In this document: positions 1 to 10,318 of the stretch, piece after piece
Layout of the letters: each line of letters starts with the position of its first letter
How positions within the stretch are numbered: the first letter of the stretch is position 1
NCBI GenBank assembly: GCA_965218435.1
Contig: CBDCKW010000009.1
Span: 3,232,001 to 3,296,000 of the forward strand
DNA: 64,000 nucleotides
Reading direction: 5' to 3'
Source: Truepera sp.
Lineage (GTDB): Bacteria > Deinococcota > Deinococci > Deinococcales > Trueperaceae
Program-made: the position numbers and the translations under genes
Notes under the pieces: model-generated
Database searches by the model: none
What the model was told of the DNA's origin: nothing
Seen by the model: the letters and a program-made list of their open reading frames with translations, nothing else

Positions 1-741
1 CGGGCGGCTTGTGGCCAATTCAAAATCGGGTGAGTCGCTCGTAGCCGCCTGCGTCCCGGTCGCTAAGACCTCCCAAGCAGGTGAGGCCGTCCCTGCGGGT
101 GTCGCCGTTACTCCGGCTGTCTCGAGCCCTGGCCGCACCACGAGCGTGGTGTTACGGTAGTCACCCAAGCCGTTGGCCTGCCGGGTGCGGTCACGGATTT
201 CGGCGAGCGCAGTGACGACGACCGGCCCACGGGCCTCGAGGTCTCGCCCAAACACCTCAGCTTCAGCGCGTGTCAAGCGCCCGAGGCCGAAGAGTTTGTC
301 CGGCCGTTCACGCGGCACGACCCGGCCTCTAAAACCGGCGTCAGCTTGGCCGAGAAGTGTAAACCACAACTCGCCGTCGAAGTAAAGCACGCCCTCGACC
401 GCTTCGTTCGTCGTCACCATCAGGTCGGTTGAAAAGGGTAGGGCCTGCACCACGACCGGCGCGTTGCCGAGGGGCGCAACCTCTTGCTGCAAATAGGGTT
501 TGCCCTCGATTAAGAGCGCACGCGGTACGCTCAGCGGGTCGTCCGACGTACCTTTCGTCAGTTTCAGCTCGCGCCCGCCGACGCTCAACGTGGTTGGATC
601 ACCGTAAAAGTAGCCGTAGAGCGATCCACCTTGAGGTGTGTAGAGGGCAACGTCATGTAAGACCGGGGCGCCCGCCTGAAACGACGGTAGACAACCCGTC
701 AGCAAGAGCGGCAAGAGAAGAACAGCCTTAAACTTAGACAT
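1..741 (-). CDS. Lipoprotein, 3' end outside the window (possibly PrcB-family)
   Basis: Read manually from ATG 741: MSKFKAVLLLPLLLTGC (lipobox LTGC), open to the window edge. Missing from the ORF track because no stop lies in the window. Confidence 0.75.
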   Translation of the reverse strand, partial: MSKFKAVLLLPLLLTGCLPSFQAGAPVLHDVALYTPQGGSLYGYFYGDPTTLSVGGRELKLTKGTSDDPLSVPRALLIEGKPYLQQEVAPLGNAPVVVQALPFSTDLMVTTNEAVEGVLYFDGELWFTLLGQADAGFRGRVVPRERPDKLFGLGRLTRAEAEVFGRDLEARGPVVVTALAEIRDRTRQANGLGDYRNTTLVVRPGLETAGVTATPAGTASPAWEVLATGTQAATSDSPDFELATSRP

Positions 742-822
742 ACTCGAACCTAATCATAAGGCCACTTTAGCATCTTTACGCGTGAGCTTTTTTGAGGGTT
801 CGCTGGCGCGTTAGATTAGACT

Positions 823-2556
823 ATGCACCGGTTTCTTGTAGATAAGTGGCTTTGGGCGTTATTTGGGGCACTGTTTATATTTCCCTGGGCGGTAGCCGCC
901 AAACTACACCCCTTTGAAGTCATCGTCGTTGGGAGCGAACCCGAAGGGGTGACAGCCGCCGTCGCTGCCGCCCAAACAGGTGCCAAGACGCTCCTCGTCA
1001 CCGAAGATGCACGCGTCGGTGGGCTGTTTGTCTTAGGCGGCCTCAACTCGCTCGACCTGCGCCCTTACGAACTCGTCCAGCGTGGGCTTTTTGCGCGGTG
1101 GTGGACGCTCGTCGGACGCGGCGCAGCGTTTGACACAGGGCGGGCAGAGAGGGCGTTCGAGACATTACTGAGGAGCGCAGACGTTACGGTGCAGTTGGAT
1201 GCGCCTTCGGTCTCTCCTGTGATGCAGACAGGGCGGGTCGTCGGAGTACACGCCGGACAAGAAACATTTACAGCCGCTCAAGTCGTTGACGCGACCGCCG
1301 ACGGCAACCTCGCCGCCGCTGCGGGTACAGCCTATACGGTTGGCTTCAGCTCGTTGGGAGTGGGCGAGCGGATGGCCGATACGCTGGTGTTTCGCCTCGA
1401 GAACCTGGACTGGGCAGCCCTGGTCAAAAACGTCCGGGCAAGAGGCGGCGCTTACGCGCAGGTCAACGGCAACGCGGTGTGGGGCGCATTTGACGGGTTT
1501 CCAGCCGCGTATGAAGCTGAGCAAAAAGGTGTGCGGCTCCGCGGCCTCAACTTGGGACGGCAGGCGGACGGCTCGGTGTTGGTCAACGCGCTGCTCGTTT
1601 ACGGCGTTGACCCGGCCAGTCCCGCGAGTGTCGCGGATGGTCTCAAGCGAGCGAGGCTCGAGGCTCCCCGGATCGTCCGGTACTTGCGGGCGCTGCCGGG
1701 GTTTGCAGGCGCAACCTACGGCGGCGTCGCTGAGCGGCTTTATATCCGCGAGTGGCGACACTTCAACACGCGCTGCACGCTTTCTATGGACGACACGTTA
1801 GCTAACGTCGTGAGGCCAAATGACGTGGTCGCAGGAAACTATCCGCTCGACGTGCAAACTCTGACGCCCGGTGACGACGGCTACGTTTACGGCGTCCCGG
1901 AGGTTTACGGCGCACGGCTCTGCGTGGCGCTGCCAAAAAACCCGGACAACCTTTGGATATTAGGTAAAAGTGCCGGGTACGACCCACTGGCGGCAGCGTC
2001 GGCAAGGGTCGTTCCGTTCGGGATGGCGCTCGGTGAAGCGGTCGGGATTGCGGCGGCGGACGCGGCGCAGAGCGGCCGTTCAGCGTCGGCTTATGCAGGA
2101 AACAGTCAAGCGGTAGCGAGAGTACGCGAGCAGTTGGAGGTCAAGGGCGCGTATCTGCCCGTGGTCAAACCCAGAGCCCCGACCGGCCCGGTCCAGCACC
2201 CCTACTTTGAGGCGTACCGCACGCTGCGCCGTAAAGGGCTGGCACTCGGCGGCTACACGAACGACCCAGGCTTGGACGAAACGATGCCTGCGCTCGGGTT
2301 TTTATACCTGCTGAGCAACGTCGGCACGCGGTTTTGGCATGATGATACGCTTGGCGCAACGTTGCTAAGCGAGTTTCCCGACCTCAGCGGCGACCTCACG
2401 CCGGATTTAGCTTTGGAGCTGACCCACGCGGCAAGCTGTGCGCTGAGGGCTTGTCGTTCTGCTTGGGAGGTTTGGAGTACAAAGCCCCAAACTGTACTCA
2501 CGCGCGGCGAAGCCTACGCGCTGGCGGCGAAACTTGCGACGCTAAAAGGAGATTAG
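823..2556 (+). CDS. FAD-dependent oxidoreductase with N-terminal signal or TM segment
   Basis: VIVVGSEPEGVTAAVAAA Rossmann variant, VVDATADG, LYIRE and ASARV motifs. TAGATT -10 lies 5 nt before the ATG. Confidence 0.85.
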   Translation: MHRFLVDKWLWALFGALFIFPWAVAAKLHPFEVIVVGSEPEGVTAAVAAAQTGAKTLLVTEDARVGGLFVLGGLNSLDLRPYELVQRGLFARWWTLVGRGAAFDTGRAERAFETLLRSADVTVQLDAPSVSPVMQTGRVVGVHAGQETFTAAQVVDATADGNLAAAAGTAYTVGFSSLGVGERMADTLVFRLENLDWAALVKNVRARGGAYAQVNGNAVWGAFDGFPAAYEAEQKGVRLRGLNLGRQADGSVLVNALLVYGVDPASPASVADGLKRARLEAPRIVRYLRALPGFAGATYGGVAERLYIREWRHFNTRCTLSMDDTLANVVRPNDVVAGNYPLDVQTLTPGDDGYVYGVPEVYGARLCVALPKNPDNLWILGKSAGYDPLAAASARVVPFGMALGEAVGIAAADAAQSGRSASAYAGNSQAVARVREQLEVKGAYLPVVKPRAPTGPVQHPYFEAYRTLRRKGLALGGYTNDPGLDETMPALGFLYLLSNVGTRFWHDDTLGATLLSEFPDLSGDLTPDLALELTHAASCALRACRSAWEVWSTKPQTVLTRGEAYALAAKLATLKGD

Positions 2557-3279
2557 ATGCTGGCAGTTATCGCAGATATTCACGGAAATTTAGCGGCGCT
2601 CGAGGCCGTTCTAGCCGACCTCAAACAAACAAGAGCAGACCAACTCGTATGTTTGGGTGATGTGGCAAGCTTTGGACCACGGCCGCGTGAAACGCTAAGG
2701 CGCATTCAAGAGCTTGAGTGTCCGGTTGTGATGGGCAATGCAGATTGGGAATTATTAGATGAGTCTACCCGTAAAGCACTCAAAACTTTGGATGTCACTT
2801 TTTTTGACCTTGCGACTTGGTGTGCCGAACAACTTACGGACGCTGACCAGGCGTTTATCCGGACGTTTCAAAAGACGGTGAGGCTCGAGCTTGATGGCCT
2901 ACCCGTCCTCTGTTTTCACGGCTCCCCAAACTCCTACAACGATGAAATTGTCGCTACTACGCCGGACGAGACGCTCGCCGAGTTCTTTCAGGAACATGCC
3001 CCACTTATGTTTGGCGGCCACACGCACACCCAACTTCTCAGACGCTACCAAGACCTAACCTTTGTCAATCCCGGCAGCGTCGGTTTACCTTTTGAAGTGT
3101 TCCCTGACGGAAGCGTCCGCAACCCGGCCAGGGCTGAGTACGCGCTGCTCGAGGTTGTGCAGGGACAACCAAGCATAATTTTTAGACGCGTTCCTTACAA
3201 TCTAAAACCGCTTTTAACAACAGCTAAAACGAGCGGGATGCCCCACGCTGAAACGTGGAGCGCCGACTGGTCAGACTAA
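2557..3279 (+). CDS. Metallophosphoesterase (calcineurin-like)
   Basis: DIHGN, LGD, GNAD, FHGSP, GHTH and NPGSVG motifs. Confidence 0.9.
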   Translation: MLAVIADIHGNLAALEAVLADLKQTRADQLVCLGDVASFGPRPRETLRRIQELECPVVMGNADWELLDESTRKALKTLDVTFFDLATWCAEQLTDADQAFIRTFQKTVRLELDGLPVLCFHGSPNSYNDEIVATTPDETLAEFFQEHAPLMFGGHTHTQLLRRYQDLTFVNPGSVGLPFEVFPDGSVRNPARAEYALLEVVQGQPSIIFRRVPYNLKPLLTTAKTSGMPHAETWSADWSD

Positions 3280-3284
3280 ACCAT

Positions 3285-4478
3285 TCAGGCCAACCCACTT
3301 TTTAGCACCCCGATAAACTGCTGCGCCGTGCGCCCCGAATACCCGTTCCCCCATTCGGCAAAGCGGATAGCTTTGGCCTCTAAGTCGCCATCTATCACGC
3401 TGTCGCGTTCAGCAAGTCCCCGGACAATCTCCAAGTAGCGCCGCTGCGTCGCGTCTGGAAAGGTCAAGACGAGACCGAAACGGTCAGACAGGGCCAGACG
3501 TTCGTGCTGCGTATCCCAGGCGTGAACATCGTCGTTTAAGGGGTCGGGCCGTTCGGAAAACCGCTCCGACACGAGGTGACGGCGGTTACTCGTGGCGTAG
3601 ACGAGAGCATTCTCGGGTCGCCCGCTTAAAGCGCCTTCCAGCAATGATTTAAGCGGCCCGTAGGCGCGACTCCCGGCTTCAAAAGAGAGGTCGTCAACAA
3701 AGAGTAGATAAAAATGCGGTCGCCCGCGAAGCGTCTCTAAAATGGTCGGTAAGTCGCTCAAGCTTTCCGGCACGACCTCGACAAAGCGTAAGCCCGCTTC
3801 GGTGTAGCGCCCGCCCAAACTCCGCAGCGCGGTAGATTTGCCGCTCCCGCGCGGGCCGTAAAGCAGCGTGTGCTGGCCGCCGCGTCCGGCTAAAAACGCT
3901 TCGGTGTTGGCGTCAAGACGCTCGAGCTGCTTCTCTAAGCCAACGAGCCGCTCAGCCTTAGCCCACGCCGGGTGGGAGACGCCGTGTAGCGCCCCACCCG
4001 ACCAACGAAACGCCGGAAACCGGGCTAAATCGCCGGTACCGTTCTGACGGTAAGCCTCGAGCAATTTCTTCAGTACAGCGTCAGCGTCGGCAGAGCTGAG
4101 CAGTTTGGCAAAAGCTTGCACCTTGTCGGTAATGCGGCTTAGGTGCTCGAGCGGCGGCAGCTTATCGCCTACCACATCAGCGACTTCACCCTGCCAATCG
4201 CGGCGCAACGAGGGTAAGAGCGCCGTAAGGTCACGCCGCGCCCCGGCTAATAAACCTTCTGGAATTGGGCTGGCGGCTCGGGCCAGCGCCGACTCACCGT
4301 AAAGCAGCCCGGTTGCCGCAGCCCCGTAAAGGTCCGTGTGTCCGGCTTCACTTAGCGCAGCGTAAAGCTCGGCGTAAGCGTCTTCAACTTCGGCGGCGTT
4401 CCGGCCCAAAATGACCTCCGCCAGCTTTCGCAAAGCCTGTGCCCACGGCTCTCGCCACAAGTCCCGCAAGACGTACAT
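3285..4478 (-). CDS. DUF815-type AAA+ ATPase
   Basis: GPRGSGKS Walker A, FVDDLSFE, YATSNRRHL, LSDRFGL and SGRTAQQF. Confidence 0.9.
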   Translation of the reverse strand: MYVLRDLWREPWAQALRKLAEVILGRNAAEVEDAYAELYAALSEAGHTDLYGAAATGLLYGESALARAASPIPEGLLAGARRDLTALLPSLRRDWQGEVADVVGDKLPPLEHLSRITDKVQAFAKLLSSADADAVLKKLLEAYRQNGTGDLARFPAFRWSGGALHGVSHPAWAKAERLVGLEKQLERLDANTEAFLAGRGGQHTLLYGPRGSGKSTALRSLGGRYTEAGLRFVEVVPESLSDLPTILETLRGRPHFYLLFVDDLSFEAGSRAYGPLKSLLEGALSGRPENALVYATSNRRHLVSERFSERPDPLNDDVHAWDTQHERLALSDRFGLVLTFPDATQRRYLEIVRGLAERDSVIDGDLEAKAIRFAEWGNGYSGRTAQQFIGVLKSGLA

Positions 4479-5440
4479 TAGTCAGCCCTTTCTGGGATAG
4501 ACGCCGTTATAGACCCCGTGTCCACCTCAGCAACAGGGTCAACCTCAGCAACAGGAGCAAGACGTGCCTGCACGTCCGGCAGAGCGCGGCGCATTGCCCG
4601 TGCGCCCGCCGCCGCGCCCGCTGCCGCGCGGTGCAGGTCCCACCAGGCGATAGGCGGGTCCACCCGTAACAGGAGCACATCAGGCAACGTCATCAGCTCT
4701 TCTAAAGGGTCACGCGTGTACGACGCGCCCGCCCGCGCGAGACCGCGTAAAAGCGTCCCGTAGGCGTGCTCGGGCGCACCTAAAAACCGCTGGTGCCACC
4801 TCTGCCCGGTAGCTGAGGCGTGAAAGGTGCGAAACCGCTGAACTAGCCGCGCCTGTTCTACCGCGATGCCCGTATGCACCCCGAGGACAAACTGCGCTTC
4901 AGCTAACAGGGGCGTCACCGGTACCGGCGAGACGAAACCGCCGTCAATCAGCAGACGGCCTTCGACCTCGAAAGCCCGAGTAATTCCCGGCAGAGCGCAG
5001 CTCGCCCGAACTGCCCGCGCCAAGGAGCCGCTATAAGACTCAGGGCGCAGCACGACGAGTTCGCCGGTATGAATATCGGTACAGGTGATGTGTAAGGGCA
5101 CCCTGAGGTCGGCAAAGGTCGCGCCGTGAAACACGGTGCGCTCGAGCCACCCTTCAATGCGGCCCCCCTCAACGAGCGCCGCCCGGTGCAGGCCAAAATC
5201 CAACCCGTGCCGCCACACCTCGCGCGCCGGAAAGGTCTCCGCCCACGCCCAAAGCTTATCCGCGTCTTCGTAAAGCGCGTAGTGCGCGGCGATCAGCGCC
5301 CCGAAACTCGTTCCCGAAAGGACTTCCGGTGAGAGTCCGGCGTCAGCTAAAACTTTAAGGACGCCGACGTGCGCGAAGGCCCTGGCAGTGCCGCCGCCTA
5401 ACGCCACGCCGAAACGGTGTGAGATGGGCTCGAGCGGCAT
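4478..5440 (-). CDS. Patatin-like phospholipase
   Basis: GGGTARAFAHVG, GTSFG nucleophile elbow and DGG motif. Confidence 0.9.
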   Translation of the reverse strand: MPLEPISHRFGVALGGGTARAFAHVGVLKVLADAGLSPEVLSGTSFGALIAAHYALYEDADKLWAWAETFPAREVWRHGLDFGLHRAALVEGGRIEGWLERTVFHGATFADLRVPLHITCTDIHTGELVVLRPESYSGSLARAVRASCALPGITRAFEVEGRLLIDGGFVSPVPVTPLLAEAQFVLGVHTGIAVEQARLVQRFRTFHASATGQRWHQRFLGAPEHAYGTLLRGLARAGASYTRDPLEELMTLPDVLLLRVDPPIAWWDLHRAAAGAAAGARAMRRALPDVQARLAPVAEVDPVAEVDTGSITASIPERAD

Positions 5441-5530
5441 TCCTCACTTTATCAAGGATGTTCCGGTGGGCACGGTCAATTTACAGCAGCGCAGCCGAAC
5501 TGTCATACGAGCTCAGTGAAAACTTTAGTA

Positions 5531-5556
5531 GGTAGCAATTATGCTAAGCTGCTACC
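5531..5556. promoter_or_regulatory. Probable vapBC autoregulatory operator overlapping the -10 box
   Basis: Inverted repeat GGTAGCA-N12-TGCTACC enclosing TAAGCT (5545-5550), directly before the antitoxin frame. Confidence 0.55.
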
Positions 5557-5805
5557 ATAAAACAGGTCAATCTTAAAAGCGACCGCGTAGCCGGGTTGCT
5601 CGAGCAACTCACCCGGCGAACGGGCGAAACCAAGGTGGACGCGGTTTCCAGGGCGCTCGAGGAACGGCTACAAGAGTTGAAGGCGGAAGACCGTTCAGAA
5701 CGGACGTTGACTTGGTTGGCAACAGCCGTTTGGCCGAACTTTACTGAAGCGCAGCGCGGCCACGCCCCCACGAAAGAGGAGCCGGAGGAACTGCTCGGGT
5801 TTTGA
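5557..5805 (+). pseudogene. vapB: VapB-type antitoxin (Rv0623-like) with ATA at the expected start codon
   Basis: Frame reads (I)KQVNLKSDRVAGLLEQLTRRTGETKVDAVSRALEERL...EELLGF. ATA 5557 lies 6 nt after the -10 box, and the stop overlaps the vapC ATG. Confidence 0.7.
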
Positions 5806-6191
5806 TGGTCGTTGACAGCAGCGTCCTTTTGTAAATCCTTTTTAGAGAACCCGGTGCTGAAGCAGCCGTCGTCAGTTTAGGTCGAGTGCCCGGCTTAATG
5901 ATGGCGTCGCCGACGCTGCTGGAAACAGAGACCATTTACGGCTCACGGCGCGGGTTTACCTCAAGTGAGGTTGCAGAGCTGACACATCGTCTCGGTATCG
6001 CCTTGCACCCGTTCTCTGCCGAGCATGTCATGGAGGTGAAGCTGGCTTGCGCCCGCTTTGGTGAGGGGCAGGGGCATCCGGCGCAGCTCAACTTTGGTGA
6101 CTGGATAAGTTACGCGCTGGCTAAGGTAGCAGGACAACTCCTCGCCTTTAAGGGAGAGGACTTCAACCTGACCTCGAGGTTTTCAAACTAG
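5805..6191 (+). pseudogene. vapC: VapC PIN-domain toxin with a premature stop
   Basis: MVVDSSVLL*ILFREP with in-frame TAA at 5832-5834. HPAQLNFGD-x-ISYALAK and FKGEDF PIN motifs follow. Confidence 0.85.
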
Positions 6192-6197
6192 GCTAGT

Positions 6198-6701
6198 TCA
6201 TAATATATGCAGCCGCGCCAGCGCGTAAGCGTCAACGAACGCCCCGTCCCGAAACGCGTACTGTTGCTGCGTACCTTCACGGACAAAGCCGAACTTTTCA
6301 TAGAGTTTGATCGCTGGAAGATTATCGGTATAAACCGTAAGTTCTAAGCGGGTCAGCTCGAGCCAGTTATCAGCCAGCTCTACAGCTGCCGCCATTAAAG
6401 CAGACCCCACGCCTTTACCCTGCCAATCGTCCCGCACCGCCATCCCGAGCGAGCCGACGTGACGCCGCCGGGGTCTCGAGGCCGTTTGCAGCCCTAAATT
6501 TCCAACGACCTCACCTTCGGCGCAGGCCACCAAACTGTAAAAGTCAAGCGGGGGGTTCTCGAGCTTTTTACGCCAACTTTCAGCTGACGGGTACGGCAGT
6601 TGCATCGTGCCCCGGATGACCTTAGGACACAAAAAGATTTTGTGAAACGCTTCAAAGTCGCTCGGTTCGGTGTGACGCACGGTGATGTTCTCACGGGTCA
6701 T
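6198..6701 (-). CDS. GNAT N-acetyltransferase (YhhY/AaaT-like)
   Basis: RRRHVGSLGMAVRDDWQGKGVGSALM and AIKLYEKFGF. Confidence 0.9.
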   Translation of the reverse strand: MTRENITVRHTEPSDFEAFHKIFLCPKVIRGTMQLPYPSAESWRKKLENPPLDFYSLVACAEGEVVGNLGLQTASRPRRRHVGSLGMAVRDDWQGKGVGSALMAAAVELADNWLELTRLELTVYTDNLPAIKLYEKFGFVREGTQQQYAFRDGAFVDAYALARLHIL

Positions 6702-6876
6702 ACCTCATCATAGCCGAGGCCGGGACAGGTATGTCAGCGTTCAATAACCCTGCGGCGGTCGGTCATCTAAAGAGTAGTCGAATTCGGTCATCACAGCAGG
6801 TTCTACTCGTCTACCGGGCACAACAAGTCTTTATTTGCCCACATAATTGTTTGCCGCATCGCTGCGCCGCCCCCGC

Positions 6877-8031
6877 TTAGTCCAGCTTGCGTTTGAGGTC
6901 GTGCTGCGGTCTACCGCGCGCCCGAAAAGCCCTCAACTGCCTACGGCTTAACGGTACAGCGGCAAGAACGACCGTTACACGGCCCTCTAAAAACCGCTTG
7001 AACGCTCTAGCATACCGCTGTTCAATCGCCCGGTCTAACAAGTAAGCGAGCACGAGCATTCCGAGCACCGTGCCCCAGAATAAGACGTGAGGGTTTACGG
7101 TGGGGTAAGCCGCGTTAAAGATCATGTAGCCGATATTTTGGTGAATCAGGTAGAGCGGGTAGGTCAGGGCTCCCAAAGTCACCCAGTTGACCTCTGCGAG
7201 CCGCCCGGTTCGGCGCAGTGCTACGGCGACGAGGAGGACAAAAAACACCGAGATAATACCCGCGGTAACGTATGGGCTGAACTCCGTGTGATACTTCGCC
7301 TCGAGCTTAGGAATATCACCCAGCGCGTGATAGAGCGCGACCATCCAGGCTGCGCCGACGAGTCCTAGCCGCGTGGACGTCAGCCCACGAGAACGGATCA
7401 AAAAGCAAAAGGCACCGGCGATAAAGAGGGGCGAATAGTCGGTGATGAGCAAAAAGCCGAGTAGCGGTACCGGAGCGAATACAAGCACCACGCTCGCAAC
7501 CAGCCATAAGGTAAGCAGCAGCTGCGTCCGCCCCAGCTGCTTAAAGAGCAAGACAAGCGCGACCAGCGCGTAAAACCGCAGCTCGACGAAGAGCGACCAG
7601 TAAACCCCGTCTACCGAAGGCACCTTGAGAAAGCCGCTGAGCATCGTGAGGTTAACGGCGTACTGCGGCGCTGACACGCTAAAATGCGCTCCGCCAAAGA
7701 GCAAGGTGACGATAAAGGTAAGCGTACAACAAACCCAAAACATCGGGTAGAGGCGGGCAATCCGTGAGGTGGCAAACTTTTTTAAGGAACCGCTCGAGGC
7801 GCTCATCAAGATGACAAACCCGCTGATCATAAAAAACAGCTCGACGCCGAGACTGCCGTATTTGGCGGCGGGCACAAGAAGCGGGTACGGCATGGTGGAC
7901 AGGTCATCGGCAGAAAAGCCCCGAAAAGCGTAGTGATAAAGGACGACCGAAAGTGCTGCTAGAAATCTGAGCAGGTCGAGTTCGCCAACTCTATAAGCCG
8001 CTATAACCTCTGCCGAACGCGTTGTTTTCAT
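6877..8031 (-). CDS. Acyltransferase-3 (OafA-like) membrane O-acyltransferase
   Basis: LDLLRFLAALSVVLYH, GVELFFMISGFVI, RIARLYP, YWSLFVELRFY and TYPLYLIH. Confidence 0.92.
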   Translation of the reverse strand: MKTTRSAEVIAAYRVGELDLLRFLAALSVVLYHYAFRGFSADDLSTMPYPLLVPAAKYGSLGVELFFMISGFVILMSASSGSLKKFATSRIARLYPMFWVCCTLTFIVTLLFGGAHFSVSAPQYAVNLTMLSGFLKVPSVDGVYWSLFVELRFYALVALVLLFKQLGRTQLLLTLWLVASVVLVFAPVPLLGFLLITDYSPLFIAGAFCFLIRSRGLTSTRLGLVGAAWMVALYHALGDIPKLEAKYHTEFSPYVTAGIISVFFVLLVAVALRRTGRLAEVNWVTLGALTYPLYLIHQNIGYMIFNAAYPTVNPHVLFWGTVLGMLVLAYLLDRAIEQRYARAFKRFLEGRVTVVLAAVPLSRRQLRAFRARGRPQHDLKRKLD

Positions 8032-8629
8032 ACGGGTAGGGTAGGGGCCAAACCCGCCTACGCCGCTGCACCCGTCACGTTATCAAGTCCAAGAAACGCC
8101 GTCAGAGACGTAAGTAAAATTGTTCACATCATAGCGTTGGTGTGAAAAAACGTCCGACGCGAACAGCCTTATTAGGCTAGGAAAAACTTTCGGCTAGCTG
8201 TCGGTTGGGGGCTGTCAAGGGGGTCTAAATTTCTGCTCGGCAGCTTAGGAAGGCTTCAGCAAGGTAAAAACGAGGGGTTTGCTACGCCGCCTGAGAAGGG
8301 GCCTTAGCGTAGAGGCTGAGGTTTCGGAAAGAAGGGGCTTGCTCGTCAAAACCGCTTTTGTGGCTTTTTGTACTCGAGTTCTGCCAAGCTTAAGCCGTTT
8401 AAGCGGGGGCTCGGTATTTCGGGTTACTGCTATCTGCGCCTAAGCAACCGACACCTACTTGTGCAGCCAACTACCGTCCAAGGACTGCTCTCAATATAAG
8501 CAGCAGATTTTTTCTAAAGACTTATTCTCCTGTAGCTCTCTACTTTGCGCCATTTCACGCGCCTGTCCCGCTCAAGCCTTAAGCTAATGCTAGCTAAGTT
8601 ACACTTCAGAACGACACACAAGGAGGCCC

Positions 8630-10318
8630 ATGCTAGGCACAGCGGAGATTAAAACGAACGTCGGGAGCGCGCTGCGGCGTATCGGCAAACAAAACGACCA
8701 GGGTGAGACGGTCGGGATTGCGTACTTGGAGCGCGGCACCCTGCAGATGATCCCCGTAGTGCTGCGTGTGCTCGGGTTTATTTTGGTTTTGAGCCTTTAC
8801 TTTTTGCAGCGCCCTCTAGCGGTGTTCGGGGTGGTACCGGGGCTCGAGACCCTAGCCAATACCCGCCTCATTTCGCCGTGGCAGTACGGGCTCGCCATTT
8901 TGATCTACGCCGTTTATTTCGTCGCCACGCTCGTGCGGAGCGGCTTTTTCAAAGGTCAGCCGGGGGTCGAGCTGCACTTTACCAAGCATCAGCGGATTGT
9001 GCGCACGCTTAAAGCAGGCCAGAGCGCACTCGTGGTAGACCCACGGGTACGGCCTTACGCCGCCGTATCCACCAAACCTTTCGTCCTCGACATGCCGCAG
9101 ATCGAGGGCACCACCGGCGACAACATCAGCTTGTCGTATAAAGGGGCGCTCATCGCCCAGGTTGAAGATACCTACCGGCTTGTCGAACGAGGCGGGTTTG
9201 AGGTCTTTTGTACACAGTTAGAAGAACTTTTTGAGAGTGTCATCAAAGACGAGATGCTGAGCATTTCCGCAAGGGATTTTAACCGCTTTCTGGTTGAGCG
9301 GGCGGCGTTTCCGGAGGGTGACGCAGTAGACGAAGAGAGTCTGACCGACCGACTCGCCGATTTGGAGAAAGAAGACCTCAGCCCAGAATTACTCTCAAAA
9401 ATTGCCAGCATCGCTGAACTCGACGTGTCACGGTTTGTACTCGACGAAAGCGGCTCTCCCCGGCGGCGAGTGCTCCTCGCCAAGCTGCAAGACCTCGCCA
9501 GCAGTTACGGCATCACGCTTTTAGACCATCTGCCGCAGGGCAACCTCACCAGCGACGACTATTTGCGCACCTTAGCGGTTGGGCTTGTCTCATCTATCAC
9601 GCGGGTGCGGCAGGCCACCGAGACGCTTAAAGATATCACCGAAGAGGAGATTTCCGAAGAGATTGCCGCGAAGGTCGCGGATGTGAGTTTGGGCGTGTTA
9701 GAGGTCGAGCGCATCATCCGTGAAATTGACGCCATCAAAGGCTCGCTGCAAAACCAGGCGACCGAAACCCAGATTATTCGGGCGCGGCAAGCGGCGATTG
9801 ACAATATCGTCAGCAGCTACCTGATCCCGGCACTGTCGCAAGTTTCGACGCTTAAAGAGCAGGTACGGGCGCGGAGTGTGCAGAGTGCGGGGCTGGAAAC
9901 GTATATTCAAAAACAAGGTGAGCTGTTAGAACGCCTCGAGGCGCAACTCGGCAGTTTACCCCGTGTGAGCCGCGTGGTGACTGACCAAACTGACGTAAGT
10001 CACATGATGCTGCAGGGTGACCTGTTGGGGGCGCTCTTGCAAGAAAGCGACGTGACGGCGGTGCTGCAAGAGTACAAACGGCGCGGGTTTGCCAGATTGG
10101 GGGGCTCAGGTCAGGAGGCGCTGGAGGCGTACAAACTCGATGTAGACGCGCTGATGAGCCAGTTAAGTAGAGCGTTGGAAGACGTGCCGACCGACTCCGG
10201 CACGAGAGTCGAGTACACGCCCGAATCGGTCAAACGCAAGGTCGAGGAGATCACGGCGAAGGCGAGCGTACCGGGCGCTGTTGACCTAGAACGTTACCAA
10301 GAGGAGGCCAGCTTATGA
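8630..10318 (+). CDS. Divergent SPFH/band-7-like membrane protein A
   Basis: AAGGAGG SD. Two TM segments, then GTTGDNISLSY and LQDLASSYGITLLD resembling the SPFH core, then a long helical C-terminus. Confidence 0.6.
   Translation: MLGTAEIKTNVGSALRRIGKQNDQGETVGIAYLERGTLQMIPVVLRVLGFILVLSLYFLQRPLAVFGVVPGLETLANTRLISPWQYGLAILIYAVYFVATLVRSGFFKGQPGVELHFTKHQRIVRTLKAGQSALVVDPRVRPYAAVSTKPFVLDMPQIEGTTGDNISLSYKGALIAQVEDTYRLVERGGFEVFCTQLEELFESVIKDEMLSISARDFNRFLVERAAFPEGDAVDEESLTDRLADLEKEDLSPELLSKIASIAELDVSRFVLDESGSPRRRVLLAKLQDLASSYGITLLDHLPQGNLTSDDYLRTLAVGLVSSITRVRQATETLKDITEEEISEEIAAKVADVSLGVLEVERIIREIDAIKGSLQNQATETQIIRARQAAIDNIVSSYLIPALSQVSTLKEQVRARSVQSAGLETYIQKQGELLERLEAQLGSLPRVSRVVTDQTDVSHMMLQGDLLGALLQESDVTAVLQEYKRRGFARLGGSGQEALEAYKLDVDALMSQLSRALEDVPTDSGTRVEYTPESVKRKVEEITAKASVPGAVDLERYQEEASL

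Noticed and set aside
8032..8629. Riboswitch or ncRNA in the 600-bp divergent region before the SPFH pair
   Set aside because: Only short inverted repeats (for example TTCACA-N12-TGTGAA) were found, with no recognisable aptamer or terminator.
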